Source: a virus. From it: a stretch of DNA of 64,000 nt. Positions 1-9,595 of the stretch are shown here, piece by piece (position 1 is the stretch's first letter; the number at the start of each line of letters is the position of its first letter). The translations under genes and the position numbers were made by a program. The notes below the pieces were generated by a model. That model had not been told where the DNA came from. It searched no databases and saw nothing but the letters and a program-made list of their open reading frames with translations. The DNA lies in IMG/VR virus record IMGVR_UViG_3300028585_000021, positions 1 to 64,000 of that record. One strand, written 5' to 3'.

Positions 1-395
1 AGCGCACTCATAACCGGTATGCTGGCCACACGGCGCACTTTACCAATCACCGCGCCGCCCACGGTTTTTTGCCCGGTTGTATCCGCGCCTGCATCATCAG
101 TACCGGCGCTGATATTGGTCCCGTTCAGGCCACGGTTTAACGCTTTCACAAAGGCGCGCATGGTCTGCGCCAGACGCATGCGCTCGGTGCTGATCGCCTC
201 AAACATCGCACCCGGCACCAGGCTTTCATTTCCCAGGTAGGTGTGATCGATATCGTCGATAGTGGCGCTTTCCAGCATCATATCCGCGCTGCTGCCGGTC
301 ATCAGGCCGTCATAAACCGCCTGCGCCAGCACTGCGCCAGGTGTGCGGCTCTGGAGGTCCAGCACCATACGGTTGCTTAAAATCTCATTCATCAT
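1..395 (-). CDS. Hypothetical protein, N-terminal part; the gene runs off the left edge (DarA position by P1 synteny, speculative)
   Basis: Hand translation of the minus strand from ATGATG at 395/392 (MMNEILSNRMVLDLQSRTPGAVLAQAVYDGL...) stays open to position 1. Its start overlaps the stop of the upstream gene (ATGA-type coupling). Confidence 0.5.
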   Translation of the reverse strand, partial: MMNEILSNRMVLDLQSRTPGAVLAQAVYDGLMTGSSADMMLESATIDDIDHTYLGNESLVPGAMFEAISTERMRLAQTMRAFVKALNRGLNGTNISAGTDDAGADTTGQKTVGGAVIGKVRRVASIPVMSA

Positions 396-1009
396 GCTGC
401 CTCTTCCAGTTGGGCGATCTGCTCTTTCAGCTGGCGGGTGATCGCCTGCTCCTGATTAAGCTCGGTCTGTAAGCTGTCCGCTTTTTTCTGTGCCACGTCG
501 GCATCCCGTGTCAGCTGGTCAGCTTTCGCCTGGGTATCTGCGATTCCCGCTTTGTACGCGTCACGCTGCTGGCGCACTTCGGCCAGCAGCTGTACCGACG
601 ATTTCACGCCGCGCTTTGGCTGCGGCGAATCGTCCTTACTTGCGGCGACGCGTGCCATCTTGCGCGCCAGCGCCTTCTGAAATGCCGTTGAGCCTTTCTT
701 AAACAGCGCGGCCAGCTGGCGTCCCAGATCGGGGATTGTTGTGACGTGGGTAAACGGCACGTTTTTGCCGTTCAGTTTCAGGCCGGAAATGTCGCCGCTG
801 TCGTTGACCTGCACGGTCATAACCTGCTCGTCCATGCCGGTAAGGCTGAAGGTTTTAGTGAGTACACCATCCTTTTTCCGGGCTGCGCCGGCGGCGGTGA
901 TTTTGGCTATCTCAAAGCCGCTGGTAGCGATCGCCTTTTTCAGCTTCGCCAGTCCCTTCTCGTTGAGTTCATCAAAGCTCAGCAGGACGTAAGTCTTAGG
1001 ATTCGACAC
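392..1009 (-). CDS. Hypothetical protein with a C-terminal coiled coil (late operon)
   Basis: 205-aa ORF translationally coupled to both neighbours. The C-terminus is Q/E/K-rich heptad-like sequence. No recognisable catalytic motif. Confidence 0.6.
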   Translation of the reverse strand: MSNPKTYVLLSFDELNEKGLAKLKKAIATSGFEIAKITAAGAARKKDGVLTKTFSLTGMDEQVMTVQVNDSGDISGLKLNGKNVPFTHVTTIPDLGRQLAALFKKGSTAFQKALARKMARVAASKDDSPQPKRGVKSSVQLLAEVRQQRDAYKAGIADTQAKADQLTRDADVAQKKADSLQTELNQEQAITRQLKEQIAQLEEAA

Positions 1010-1451
1010 GATATTCTCCCTGCTCTGACTTGCTAAGCTGATAAGTTCTGGTGACGGTATCCTGCAGTGGGAAGATTCGGTAAAGCGGGTTCAGGCGGCT
1101 GTTGCCGTGGGTGACGCGCACCGTCAGATACCATTCACCCGGCTCTAGATAGCGCGTGTCGATCAGCAGAAATTCCTCACTCACGCCTTTGGGTGAGAGG
1201 TCGAGTGTGCGCTGCTTGCCGGAGATAACCACTGTCGGATCGTTACTGTCGCGCAGCCAGTACTCAATTTTTGCACCCGCCAGTTTGCCCGCGCACGCAA
1301 TGTTAAAGCGGACCGGGAACGCCAGCGCGTTGTCACGCACCACCGCTACACCGCAACTCAGTAATGCCACTTTTTTACGGGCAATTGCGCAGCGATCAAA
1401 TACCATCGCCGCCGCCATCGCTGTAATAAACAGATTCTGGTAATCAATCAT
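996..1451 (-). CDS. Hypothetical protein with a hydrophobic N-terminus (LydB position, speculative)
   Basis: 151-aa ORF overlapping both neighbours by a few nt. The N-terminal stretch ITAMAAAMVF is hydrophobic. Confidence 0.55.
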   Translation of the reverse strand: MIDYQNLFITAMAAAMVFDRCAIARKKVALLSCGVAVVRDNALAFPVRFNIACAGKLAGAKIEYWLRDSNDPTVVISGKQRTLDLSPKGVSEEFLLIDTRYLEPGEWYLTVRVTHGNSRLNPLYRIFPLQDTVTRTYQLSKSEQGEYRVES

Positions 1452-1765
1452 TGGCCGGAGCCTCCTTTTGACCCAAATACGCCGTTTATTGCTGCAATGA
1501 GTCGTTCTTTAAATACAGTTGAGAGTTCACGCCAGTTGTTGCTTGCAACTAACACGGCGAGGTAAATCACGATTTCGTCCAGTCCTTGCTGTCGCGCAAA
1601 AAAATAAGCCGTCAGTCCGGTAATCAGCGCCAGCACCAGCTCGGTGGTGAAATTGAATACATTTGGTTTGATCCGGTATTCGCGTACTCCCAGCAGGAAT
1701 ACGCCTGTGCCGCTTAGCAAAGACAGTAGAAGCGAAACCGCGAGCATTTTTTCTACATCGGTCAC
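1448..1765 (-). CDS. Small membrane protein, putative holin
   Basis: 105 aa with about three hydrophobic helices (LAVSLLLSLLSGTGVFLLGV, TELVLALITGLTAYFF, IVIYLAVLVA) and a charged C-tail. It is the first gene after a late-promoter-like motif. P1 has the holin lydA in the equivalent position. Confidence 0.45.
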   Translation of the reverse strand: MTDVEKMLAVSLLLSLLSGTGVFLLGVREYRIKPNVFNFTTELVLALITGLTAYFFARQQGLDEIVIYLAVLVASNNWRELSTVFKERLIAAINGVFGSKGGSGQ

Positions 1766-1807
1766 ATACCCCCCTTAGCACCTGGTAATCAGGTGGCGTG
1801 AGGGTAC

Positions 1808-1821
1808 GGAGTCTGTAATTT
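1808..1821 (-). promoter_or_regulatory. Late-operon promoter-like motif, copy A1 (plus-strand GGAGTCTGTAATTT)
   Basis: Same 14-mer as at 60155-60168. Related copies lie at 22985, 20790 and 34149. All five sit 45-140 nt upstream of minus-strand late operon starts. Confidence 0.45.
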
Positions 1822-1832
1822 AGAGAGGTAAA

Positions 1833-1860
1833 GAAAAACAGCGCCCGGAGGCGCTGTTTT
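1833..1860 (-). terminator. Rho-independent terminator after the tail fiber assembly gene (usable in both directions)
   Basis: Stem ACAGCGCC-cgga-GGCGCTGT flanked by an A-run and a T-run, 8 nt downstream of the stop at 1868. Confidence 0.7.
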
Positions 1861-1867
1861 GAGGGGA

Positions 1868-2458
1868 TCAGATTGCTGCTGGTGGTGAAGGCCAGGCAGA
1901 TTCCGGCACGTTGCCGATATCGGTCTCTTTCAGCTGCCGGATGTAGGCCATCCACTCCACCAGCTGCACCTTGTCATTATCAGGAAGGATGCCAAGCGCC
2001 AGCTCCGCCTGCCAGTCACTGATAAAGGCCCGCGCTTTTGCCAGCAGTAAACTTCTGGTGCGCTCAGCCATTTCCTGCAGCTCTGCGGCAGAGTGTTTAT
2101 AAGCCTCCACTTTGCCATTACGGTAAACCCACCCGCCTAATCTATCCATGCCTTCTGGAATACCGGAAGCGTCTACCTCTGCCACCCAGCAGTTGATCGG
2201 CCACAGTTTTGAAGCGTCCGTGTCAAAGCTGACTACCCGACCTGCTTCGTCGTACACAATTTTCATTGTGTCTGGTGAATACAGTTTTTGCGATTCATAC
2301 CAGTCCTGACCGCTTTTGCAACGGACGAAAATAATATTCATGTCATTGAGCGACTGTAGTCTGGCGACCTCTACTTTTTCTTCGTCAGTGGAAGATTCAG
2401 TAATGACCGGCACATCCGGTGTGTATTTTTTAAATGGTCCAAAATTTAACATGTTCAT
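1868..2458 (-). CDS. Tail fiber assembly protein (P1 gpU / Tfa family)
   Basis: 196 aa immediately after the tail fiber gene. The C-terminal half (WQAELALGILPDNDKVQLVEWMAYIRQLKETD...WPSPP) matches the conserved tail-fiber-assembly signature. Confidence 0.85.
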   Translation of the reverse strand: MNMLNFGPFKKYTPDVPVITESSTDEEKVEVARLQSLNDMNIIFVRCKSGQDWYESQKLYSPDTMKIVYDEAGRVVSFDTDASKLWPINCWVAEVDASGIPEGMDRLGGWVYRNGKVEAYKHSAAELQEMAERTRSLLLAKARAFISDWQAELALGILPDNDKVQLVEWMAYIRQLKETDIGNVPESAWPSPPAAI

Positions 2459-2460
2459 CC

Positions 2461-5400
2461 TTACGCAAAGCCTGCTGTATACCAGCCACCGTTAATACAA
2501 TACTGAACGCACCGCGCAGTCACGATGTCGATATATTGGTCCTGGTTGTCGTTCCTGGCAGACGTTATAACGTAGCCGCCCTCTTCAGACATACCGGGGC
2601 CGTTCCAGGTTGATGCTTGTTTAAAACCGGCAAATCTGACGGCAGTAACAAATCGTGCTGCCATGTAGTTATTGATAAATCCGCCCCAGACCGGACCATA
2701 GATATTTCCATCCGCATGCATGACCGACTGACCATTACCCGAATACACCACATTACCGGCAAAAAGATTACCACCAGAATTGATAGTTCCATTTGCTGAA
2801 AAGTTGCCACCTACGTTGACATTGTGGTTCATAAGGACGTCGCCATTCGTGCCATTAAAGCTGAACGGCCTTAGAGTATTAAACGCCCCATCCGGATCAT
2901 TCTGGTTTGTGACCAGCATGTAATAGTTTGAGCCATCAAACCGGTGCAGCATTCCGACGCCTTTGCCACCAGTCGGACGTATGCGGAAGTCCGGATCTTC
3001 TGTAACTATTTTTCCATATACATAAAGTTTGTTCGCGGTAAGCCGGGCCGTTATAACGTTATTGGAATAGAAATCAAGAACGCCATCCGACGGGCAAACT
3101 AAACCGGTGTCCGAATCCCCAATGTTGATCGAAGCTGCAGAGCCAGCAAAAGCTGCCGTTCCAACGCTACCAATATTTATATGGTTTGATGCCCAAAATG
3201 GCCCCGTTACATAAGCGCCATTATTAAAATGTGCATCTTGATCAACTGTAAGCGTCCCCGTCAAATGCGACGCTGCACTGATATTAAGACGACCGGCAAC
3301 GATATTCATGGTTGCCTGCCCCGTAACAGCCGCATCAGTTGCTTCGACAAGAATACGGGCGTCGTAGTCATTCAGCTTTGCAGTTGATGAATTAAAATCA
3401 ATATAAGGGTTTGCTGAAATAAGGCTGACCTGGCCTCTGAACTCCGCATCTTTGGAAGCCCTTAATGTATCGCTTACTTCCAGTCCGCCTTTTACCGACA
3501 ACGCGATATTACTGGCCGGAAGAGCTGTATCCACTCCGCCAATGATCGTCTGTCCGCGCAAAAAGTTCGGTGCGGTTCCCTGCATGTACAGGTTCCAGCG
3601 GCTTAAACCACTGCGTGCTGTCTGACGGCCTTCAAAAGCATAGGCAGTTGCAATACTGGCACTCGTTTTGTCATAAGAGCGGAAGGAGGTCAAAAGTGCG
3701 ACTGCCGCATTGGTATTTACAACGCTGCTATTGCCCCAGAACTCTACCAGGTCAGCCACAGTCTGCCCGGTGTTACCATCTCCTACTGTTAGTTCCGCCC
3801 CGAAGCCGACACCAAGAGTCTTTGCGTCTGCTCCAATATTTGCGTAAGCCATTGCAGCAATCTGAGTAGTTCCTGTCAGATTGCCCTTGCCGGGTGCCGA
3901 GTTTCCAATTGTCAGCATACGGCTTGTGCTATCGCTACCACCGCCTAACGCCAGATGCCCTTTATCGCTGAACAATGCGACGTCTTGTTTCCACGTTACA
4001 CCGTTATCCCGGCCATCCACATCAAGACGCAGACTGTTGCTGTTACCTCTCCAGCGGAAGCCCGCCGAATCAGCATCACGGTCTATGAAGGTGACAGTAG
4101 GCGCAAAGCTGTTAACCGTAATACCTTGAGTGCCATCATTGCTGCTGCCCGTGACCACCAGTGCGGCAGCAGTCAGATCACCGACTGCTGTTGCACCCTT
4201 CGCCAGTACGTTTAATGGACCGGTAAAGTCCGCACCGCCGCTGACCGCAAGGTTGCCGCCTACAGTGACATTATTGCGGAGTTTCATTGTCGAAACGTTG
4301 GTTTCACCAGTACCATCGCCTGACAACGTTAGCCATGTATTCGGAATAGAGTTACCCCAGGTTACGGTATCGGTACTGTCTGTAGACTGGCCCATATACC
4401 AGTGCAGAGAGTTATCCGCCTTTCGCCCGCGCAAATAATAGGCTTTGTCTCTAGTTTTAGCCTTCAACTGCAGCGCAACTGAGTCCGCGGTAAAAAGTCC
4501 CGCGCCGTCAGACGTCAGGCCTCCGCCACCAGTGATAGCCAGCCCGCCAGCACCCTGTAGCGTGGCTAAGCCGTCACCACTGTTAAGGACAAAGCGCGCC
4601 GTGACCGTACCTGATGCCGCGCGGGCATCCAGCGCGATTCTTCCGCCGCCGTGCGTCATGTTCGTAGTCGTTAAGCCACCGAGAATCCTGCCACTCCAGG
4701 CATCACCGCTCACTGCTGCCACACGGCCAACAATCTGCATGATGTCTGTTTCGTATGCCGGAGGTTTGTCATCCAGCTGGTCGGTCCGCAAAAATGTCAT
4801 CGACGGTACAGACGGCTCAGAACGGATCACACCAATACGGTATCCAGCGCTGATTTGAGAACCGACGTCCAGATTTTTTGAGACCGTCAGCTTTGGCGTG
4901 TTGATATCGGTCAGCTTGTTCAAGCTGGTGATATCGTTGTTATCGCCTGCCTTTGCCGCGCCCAGATTAACCAGGTCCGCCAGTGTCATGCTGGCGCTGT
5001 CCATCACCTTCCGCCAGCCGTTTTTATCCGCACCGGCTGACAGCCCGGACCACGCCCAGTCGCCTGAAACTTTACCTGCCAAACGCAGATACATCACGCC
5101 ACCTTGCGCCACCAGCAGCTGTAGGAGTGCAGCGTCGGCATCATATTTCCGGCGCATGTTGAATAGCTGGCCACGCAGTGTCTGCGTAGTTTTGCCAAGA
5201 TCAACCGGACCGTCATTGAAGGTGCCGCTCAGTGTCCAGAAGGCATTCTGCTCAGTCACTGATACGTCGGCCAGTGAGGTGATTTTGCTGTCCAGTACCA
5301 GAGACGGCGCGCCCACACCAAACGCACCCACGGCCATCAGCGCACCCGGCGTCATATCCAGAGGGTTTGTCTGCTGGTCTGCCTGTGCGGCGGTACCGAG

Positions 5401-6174
5401 ACCGAGATTTTCCCGCGCCTCCGGCACATCCGGCAGATCAGCCAGATTCTCACTTGCAACCAGCTGTTTCTCGTTGACCAGCTGATCCAGCTCGATGTTT
5501 TTACGGAACATCGCTTTGTCGTGAATATCCGAGCCGTTATTGGCAATGACCATGTTTTTATCGATCATGCCTTTAAGGATTTTCAGCCCCTTGAGGTTAG
5601 CCGCAATCAGCTCATCGTCGCTGGTGTAAATCGAATCCAGCGTGATACCGACCTGCCGGTTGATACGGTAGTTGGTGACGATCATTGCCTGCGTAACCTG
5701 CGTGGTGCCAGTTGGCACAAGTACGCGGCAGAGCTCCAGCTGGTTCGGCGTCAGTGCAACTGAGATATCCTGCGCAAAGACGCGTGCGGCCTCAACTGTG
5801 GAAGTGATATCTACCTGATCTGTCTTCACGCCCAGCTTGTAGTTTGCTTCCAGCACGATACGGGTAGTTTTGCCCGCCACGACCGGCAACGTCAGATCGG
5901 CCAGGTGCTGTATGGTGATCTGGTGGGCGTTTACGTCGATTGAGGCCGCGCCCTGCCCGCCTTCCGCCCCTTTTGAGGTAACGACGACATTCATACCGGA
6001 ACCGGCGACCGGCGCAAAGCCCAGGTAAAAGCCGGATCGCACAATGCCCTTCAGTTTGCGGTTTAAAGCGGAACTGGTGTAAGTCTCCAGGTACTGCATA
6101 TCCGCCGACAGCGGTGCGGTGCCATATGCTTTCCCCGCCATAACGCCGATATCGGTAATTTCATTACTGCTCAT
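2461..6174 (-). CDS. Tail fiber protein (P1 gpS-like)
   Basis: 1237 aa. The N-terminus (ALNRKLKGIVRSGFYLGFAPVAGSGMNVVVTS...GAASIDV..HQITIQ) parallels the P1 gpS N-terminus as I recall it. The Gly/Ser/Thr/Asn-rich shaft and position before a Tfa gene fit. Confidence 0.9.
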   Translation of the reverse strand: MSSNEITDIGVMAGKAYGTAPLSADMQYLETYTSSALNRKLKGIVRSGFYLGFAPVAGSGMNVVVTSKGAEGGQGAASIDVNAHQITIQHLADLTLPVVAGKTTRIVLEANYKLGVKTDQVDITSTVEAARVFAQDISVALTPNQLELCRVLVPTGTTQVTQAMIVTNYRINRQVGITLDSIYTSDDELIAANLKGLKILKGMIDKNMVIANNGSDIHDKAMFRKNIELDQLVNEKQLVASENLADLPDVPEARENLGLGTAAQADQQTNPLDMTPGALMAVGAFGVGAPSLVLDSKITSLADVSVTEQNAFWTLSGTFNDGPVDLGKTTQTLRGQLFNMRRKYDADAALLQLLVAQGGVMYLRLAGKVSGDWAWSGLSAGADKNGWRKVMDSASMTLADLVNLGAAKAGDNNDITSLNKLTDINTPKLTVSKNLDVGSQISAGYRIGVIRSEPSVPSMTFLRTDQLDDKPPAYETDIMQIVGRVAAVSGDAWSGRILGGLTTTNMTHGGGRIALDARAASGTVTARFVLNSGDGLATLQGAGGLAITGGGGLTSDGAGLFTADSVALQLKAKTRDKAYYLRGRKADNSLHWYMGQSTDSTDTVTWGNSIPNTWLTLSGDGTGETNVSTMKLRNNVTVGGNLAVSGGADFTGPLNVLAKGATAVGDLTAAALVVTGSSNDGTQGITVNSFAPTVTFIDRDADSAGFRWRGNSNSLRLDVDGRDNGVTWKQDVALFSDKGHLALGGGSDSTSRMLTIGNSAPGKGNLTGTTQIAAMAYANIGADAKTLGVGFGAELTVGDGNTGQTVADLVEFWGNSSVVNTNAAVALLTSFRSYDKTSASIATAYAFEGRQTARSGLSRWNLYMQGTAPNFLRGQTIIGGVDTALPASNIALSVKGGLEVSDTLRASKDAEFRGQVSLISANPYIDFNSSTAKLNDYDARILVEATDAAVTGQATMNIVAGRLNISAASHLTGTLTVDQDAHFNNGAYVTGPFWASNHINIGSVGTAAFAGSAASINIGDSDTGLVCPSDGVLDFYSNNVITARLTANKLYVYGKIVTEDPDFRIRPTGGKGVGMLHRFDGSNYYMLVTNQNDPDGAFNTLRPFSFNGTNGDVLMNHNVNVGGNFSANGTINSGGNLFAGNVVYSGNGQSVMHADGNIYGPVWGGFINNYMAARFVTAVRFAGFKQASTWNGPGMSEEGGYVITSARNDNQDQYIDIVTARCVQYCINGGWYTAGFA

Positions 6175-6179
6175 GTGCG

Positions 6180-6623
6180 TTACGCCGTTTTCTGTTCGAT
6201 GGTGACGATAAGACGGTAGGCCTTACCACGGAATACGGTGTCCTGCTGCAGGCATAGCACAGCAAACGCATTGCCGTCAGCGTCCACCAGCGTCAGCGTA
6301 TTGAGATCATAGGCTTTGCCTTCCGGAAGAATGGCTTCATCCAGCTGAATGGTGATCGAGATATCAGCGCCCGTGCTGGTGAGGACCAGAGGCGTTTCAG
6401 TGAATTTACCGGTAAGGTTGTCATTGCTGAACGTGGAGGGAATATCCGCGATGTTCCAGCCGCCAGCGGCGTTACTGCTGACCAGTGTGGACTTGCCCCA
6501 GTAGGCTTTCACCATCTGGAAGCGGGAACCCTTGCCGATGGAGGATTCAGCGCGACGGATGTAGTAGTAATCCAGCAGCTTCGCTTTAAACAGCTTGCTG
6601 CTGACAGAGATAGTATCAGCCAT
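6180..6623 (-). CDS. Tail fiber-associated protein (P1 gpR position)
   Basis: 147-aa ORF directly upstream of the fiber gene within the baseplate operon. The call rests on synteny only. Confidence 0.45.
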   Translation of the reverse strand: MADTISVSSKLFKAKLLDYYYIRRAESSIGKGSRFQMVKAYWGKSTLVSSNAAGGWNIADIPSTFSNDNLTGKFTETPLVLTSTGADISITIQLDEAILPEGKAYDLNTLTLVDADGNAFAVLCLQQDTVFRGKAYRLIVTIEQKTA

Positions 6624-6685
6624 AAAAAAAGCCTCTCAGAGTTAAGAGGCCAGAGGGTATGGAGTTCGTAAAATCCGATGGTCAA

Positions 6686-7777
6686 CTACGCGACAAATTG
6701 CTCATAAAAAAGCGTGGCGATCGTGCTGTTGCCGCTGCCGTCGTCGGGCAGAGCCAGAACAAACTCTGGCATGCCGTCATAGGGAAACGCCATTGTCACG
6801 CTACTGCCGTCCGTGCTGGTGGCTGTGATGCCCTGGCTATTGCCCTTCTGAATGCCAACATACTGCACGCCACCGTCCGTGAATAACCGGGCGCGGCTGT
6901 CACTGGCAGCGCTGGCAATATCAATGGGCGCTGGCGCGCCATCAGGCCTTGCGAGGTAGTCATTGGTCCAGGCATCTGCAGCAAACATATCGTAGCGTTC
7001 GCAGCGCTTAACCTGGCGTAACGGCACGGCGGGAATATCGAACTGCTGCTGTGTGGCCATGTGCAGGTTTTTGATCTCCGACTGGAGATCGACGTAAGAC
7101 AATTTGGCCTGATAGTCGATACCGGCGCTGATAAGCGTGATGTTTTCAGCGTCTGCGCTCATCTCAAACGAGATGAATAGCGCTAAGCCGTCAAACACGA
7201 TGTGAAGCGGCAGCAGCGGCGCAATGATCCGGTCAAACTGGGTTAGCAGCTTCTGAACTGCAACATCCTGCTCCATGTAGCCATACCGCGTATATAGCTC
7301 ATTCAGCGCCACCGAGATTTGCGCCCGTGACGTCAGGAAGAACTCGCCATATTTTGCTTCTGCAATCGCCAGGCCTTCTTTTGTGGTGAAGAAGGTGCCA
7401 TATGGTGCCAACTCCTGATCCACCGGCGCATATAGCTCCTGCCAACTGACCGGCAGGTTATCGAACTCGCGCCAGAACGTAGAGGTGATCGGCTTATCGG
7501 TGCCTTTAAAATGCACTTCGTCCAGGCGCTGTGCCAGCAGTACGGGCCTACTGGTGTCCGTGGTCTCTGCTACGATGAAAAAGCGTCCATATTCGCTCAT
7601 GCGCAGCGTCAGATCGTCCTTATTCATCGTGTAGTAGCTTTTGCGGTTGGTAATACGCTCCAGTATCGGCTCTACCGCATCCTCGAAAATGCTCTGGAGA
7701 GTATTAGCAAACCCTGACCACAGCTCAGAGCCCTGCTTTTCTTTGGTTAGCCGGTCTTTTACCCAGTTTTTAATCAT
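6686..7777 (-). CDS. Baseplate / fiber-attachment protein (putative)
   Basis: 363-aa ORF between the J-like baseplate gene and the fiber genes. No specific motif was recognised. Confidence 0.4.
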   Translation of the reverse strand: MIKNWVKDRLTKEKQGSELWSGFANTLQSIFEDAVEPILERITNRKSYYTMNKDDLTLRMSEYGRFFIVAETTDTSRPVLLAQRLDEVHFKGTDKPITSTFWREFDNLPVSWQELYAPVDQELAPYGTFFTTKEGLAIAEAKYGEFFLTSRAQISVALNELYTRYGYMEQDVAVQKLLTQFDRIIAPLLPLHIVFDGLALFISFEMSADAENITLISAGIDYQAKLSYVDLQSEIKNLHMATQQQFDIPAVPLRQVKRCERYDMFAADAWTNDYLARPDGAPAPIDIASAASDSRARLFTDGGVQYVGIQKGNSQGITATSTDGSSVTMAFPYDGMPEFVLALPDDGSGNSTIATLFYEQFVA

Positions 7778-7786
7778 GGCCGTGCC

Positions 7787-9220
7787 TTACAGGTAGTTAA
7801 TATCAAACGTAGAGTTAGCCACATCGAGATAAATAAAATCGTTCAACTGCAGGGCCGTTTTCATATCGTGCGGGGTCAGCTCATAGGAGATAAACAGGTT
7901 CAGCTCTTCAATCACGCGCCACAGGTCTTTTACCTGCACCTGTGAGAAGTGCTTACCGGCTGCAACGCCATTCTGATCGCTGTCGCCAAACGTTGTTGCA
8001 TCCCGTCCGAACCGTGCCTCAAGTGCTTCCTGAACGGCTTTTTTAGCGTCTGACAGAATGACGTTCTTCTTCGCCAGCGCGGTCAGTGAGATCGTGAATG
8101 GCTCTTCCTGTGTCCGGACGTAGCGAAACTTCTTATTGATCTCATTCGGAATGGATGTGACAGCTGTCATGAGCAGGGTTTCAAGCTCAGCCTGCGTGTA
8201 CCCCGGCTTGTGACCACAGAAGAAAATCGTGTTGATGTTGCTTAGTGACTTAATGCCGGTTGATAGCTCCTGTTCCTGCTCACCCCAGGCACTGATCCAC
8301 GACATACCCGGTACAGCACGATTCAGAAAGTACTTGTAATCACCGCCCCACACTACCTGCTCGTCATACGCCACGTAGTACTGCGCCCGGTTGCGCGTTT
8401 CCTCCGTACTTTCAAAGCCACTGCCACCCGTGATTGGCGTCATGGTCACAACTTCAATCTTGCTATTCATATCGGCAATATTGCCCGCTGGCGTCAGCTT
8501 CTGGCCTTGTGTCAGCGTGGTATCGCCCCGGCTGCACCACACATCCAGATCGACTTTACTTCCGGTTTTCGGCATCTTGCCAATCGCGCCGTCACCAAAG
8601 CGTACGCCCAACTGCTCAGACGGCTTGTAGACCAACACGTAATGCTGGCTTGAGCCACGGGATAGACGAAACAACGGGTTATTCTTCCACAGCGTTTTGT
8701 TCTCGTTTTCCGTCACGTAAACGTCCATTGAAACTGTTTCCTCCGTAATATCACGCGGCAGCATTACCGTATAAAACGGCGCTTCAGCGTCGATTGCGGA
8801 GGACACGTTAACGTGCTCCATCTGGCGGACGTCGTTCACCACGACGCTATGGCCAGCAGGGATAATCACCACATCGGTTGTGACATAGGGCAGCTGTGCA
8901 TTCGACAGGAACTCCGCGTAGATTGGCAGCTGAATGACTTCATTCGTTTTGTTGGTGATCTTCACACTGCCCCATGACGGCGTGATTAAGTGACCGAGAT
9001 AATTACGGTCTTCGGCTGCGGCCAGAATGCTTGAGCGCTTCGTCGCCGTTGAGATAAAACCCTCCGTCAGACCGCGCTCAGCGGTAGTCTGTGCGGCGTA
9101 GATGATCTGCGCGCCAAACACGGCCATCATCTGAATGAACTGGCTGTTGGTAAATTTTTTCCACCAGCTGTTCGCCTGTAGTTGTCCGTTAAATTTTTCC
9201 AGAAGCTCCTGAATACTCAC
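7787..9220 (-). CDS. Baseplate J-like wedge protein
   Basis: 477 aa, directly after a gp25/W-like gene. Size and order match gpW-gpJ modules of contractile tails. Confidence 0.55.
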   Translation of the reverse strand: MSIQELLEKFNGQLQANSWWKKFTNSQFIQMMAVFGAQIIYAAQTTAERGLTEGFISTATKRSSILAAAEDRNYLGHLITPSWGSVKITNKTNEVIQLPIYAEFLSNAQLPYVTTDVVIIPAGHSVVVNDVRQMEHVNVSSAIDAEAPFYTVMLPRDITEETVSMDVYVTENENKTLWKNNPLFRLSRGSSQHYVLVYKPSEQLGVRFGDGAIGKMPKTGSKVDLDVWCSRGDTTLTQGQKLTPAGNIADMNSKIEVVTMTPITGGSGFESTEETRNRAQYYVAYDEQVVWGGDYKYFLNRAVPGMSWISAWGEQEQELSTGIKSLSNINTIFFCGHKPGYTQAELETLLMTAVTSIPNEINKKFRYVRTQEEPFTISLTALAKKNVILSDAKKAVQEALEARFGRDATTFGDSDQNGVAAGKHFSQVQVKDLWRVIEELNLFISYELTPHDMKTALQLNDFIYLDVANSTFDINYL

Positions 9221-9232
9221 AATTTACCCCGA

Positions 9233-9592
9233 TTAACTTTTGTTCATGGATACGGCCAGCGGGCCGTAAGATGTAATGAATGTAATTTGCCAGGTATCGA
9301 CATTTTGCGGCGCGCAGCGGATAGCACGCAGACCCAGCCCAGGCAGATCGATACGCAGCTTGCGGATCAGCGCGGCCTCAATGGCAACTTCGGTTAAGTG
9401 GCCGGTTTCAGAGCCTACCGGCTCATGCTTGAAGTCCTGCATGGTGTTCCCCCATCCCGGCAGGCCATAAACGCTTCCCTGCGGCGTTCTTAACCATTCT
9501 TCCAGCCGGGCAAGCCAGGCATCAGATTCCCCGCTCTTTACCACTACGCCGCCCTGATCCACGCGCATAAGGCAGTCAATTTCGTTTTGCAT
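9233..9592 (-). CDS. Baseplate wedge protein, GPW/gp25 family
   Basis: 119 aa. WLRTPQGSVYGLPGWG resembles the P2 gpW motif ILRTPVGSRVMRRDYGS. It precedes the J-like gene. Confidence 0.6.
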   Translation of the reverse strand: MQNEIDCLMRVDQGGVVVKSGESDAWLARLEEWLRTPQGSVYGLPGWGNTMQDFKHEPVGSETGHLTEVAIEAALIRKLRIDLPGLGLRAIRCAPQNVDTWQITFITSYGPLAVSMNKS

Positions 9593-9595
9593 GTG

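Noticed and set aside
4445-5485. Long plus-strand ORFs antisense to the tail fiber gene (137 aa and 195 aa). Similar antisense ORFs occur inside the tape measure (10086-10697, 11475-11855, 12417-12785), sheath, capsid, methyltransferase (26897-27394), umuC (39637-40257) and terminase (57569-58087, 58214-58639) genes.
   Set aside because: They are Pro/Ser/Arg/Ala-rich translations typical of the antisense strand of GC-rich genes. They lack start contexts and are fully embedded in strongly supported genes.
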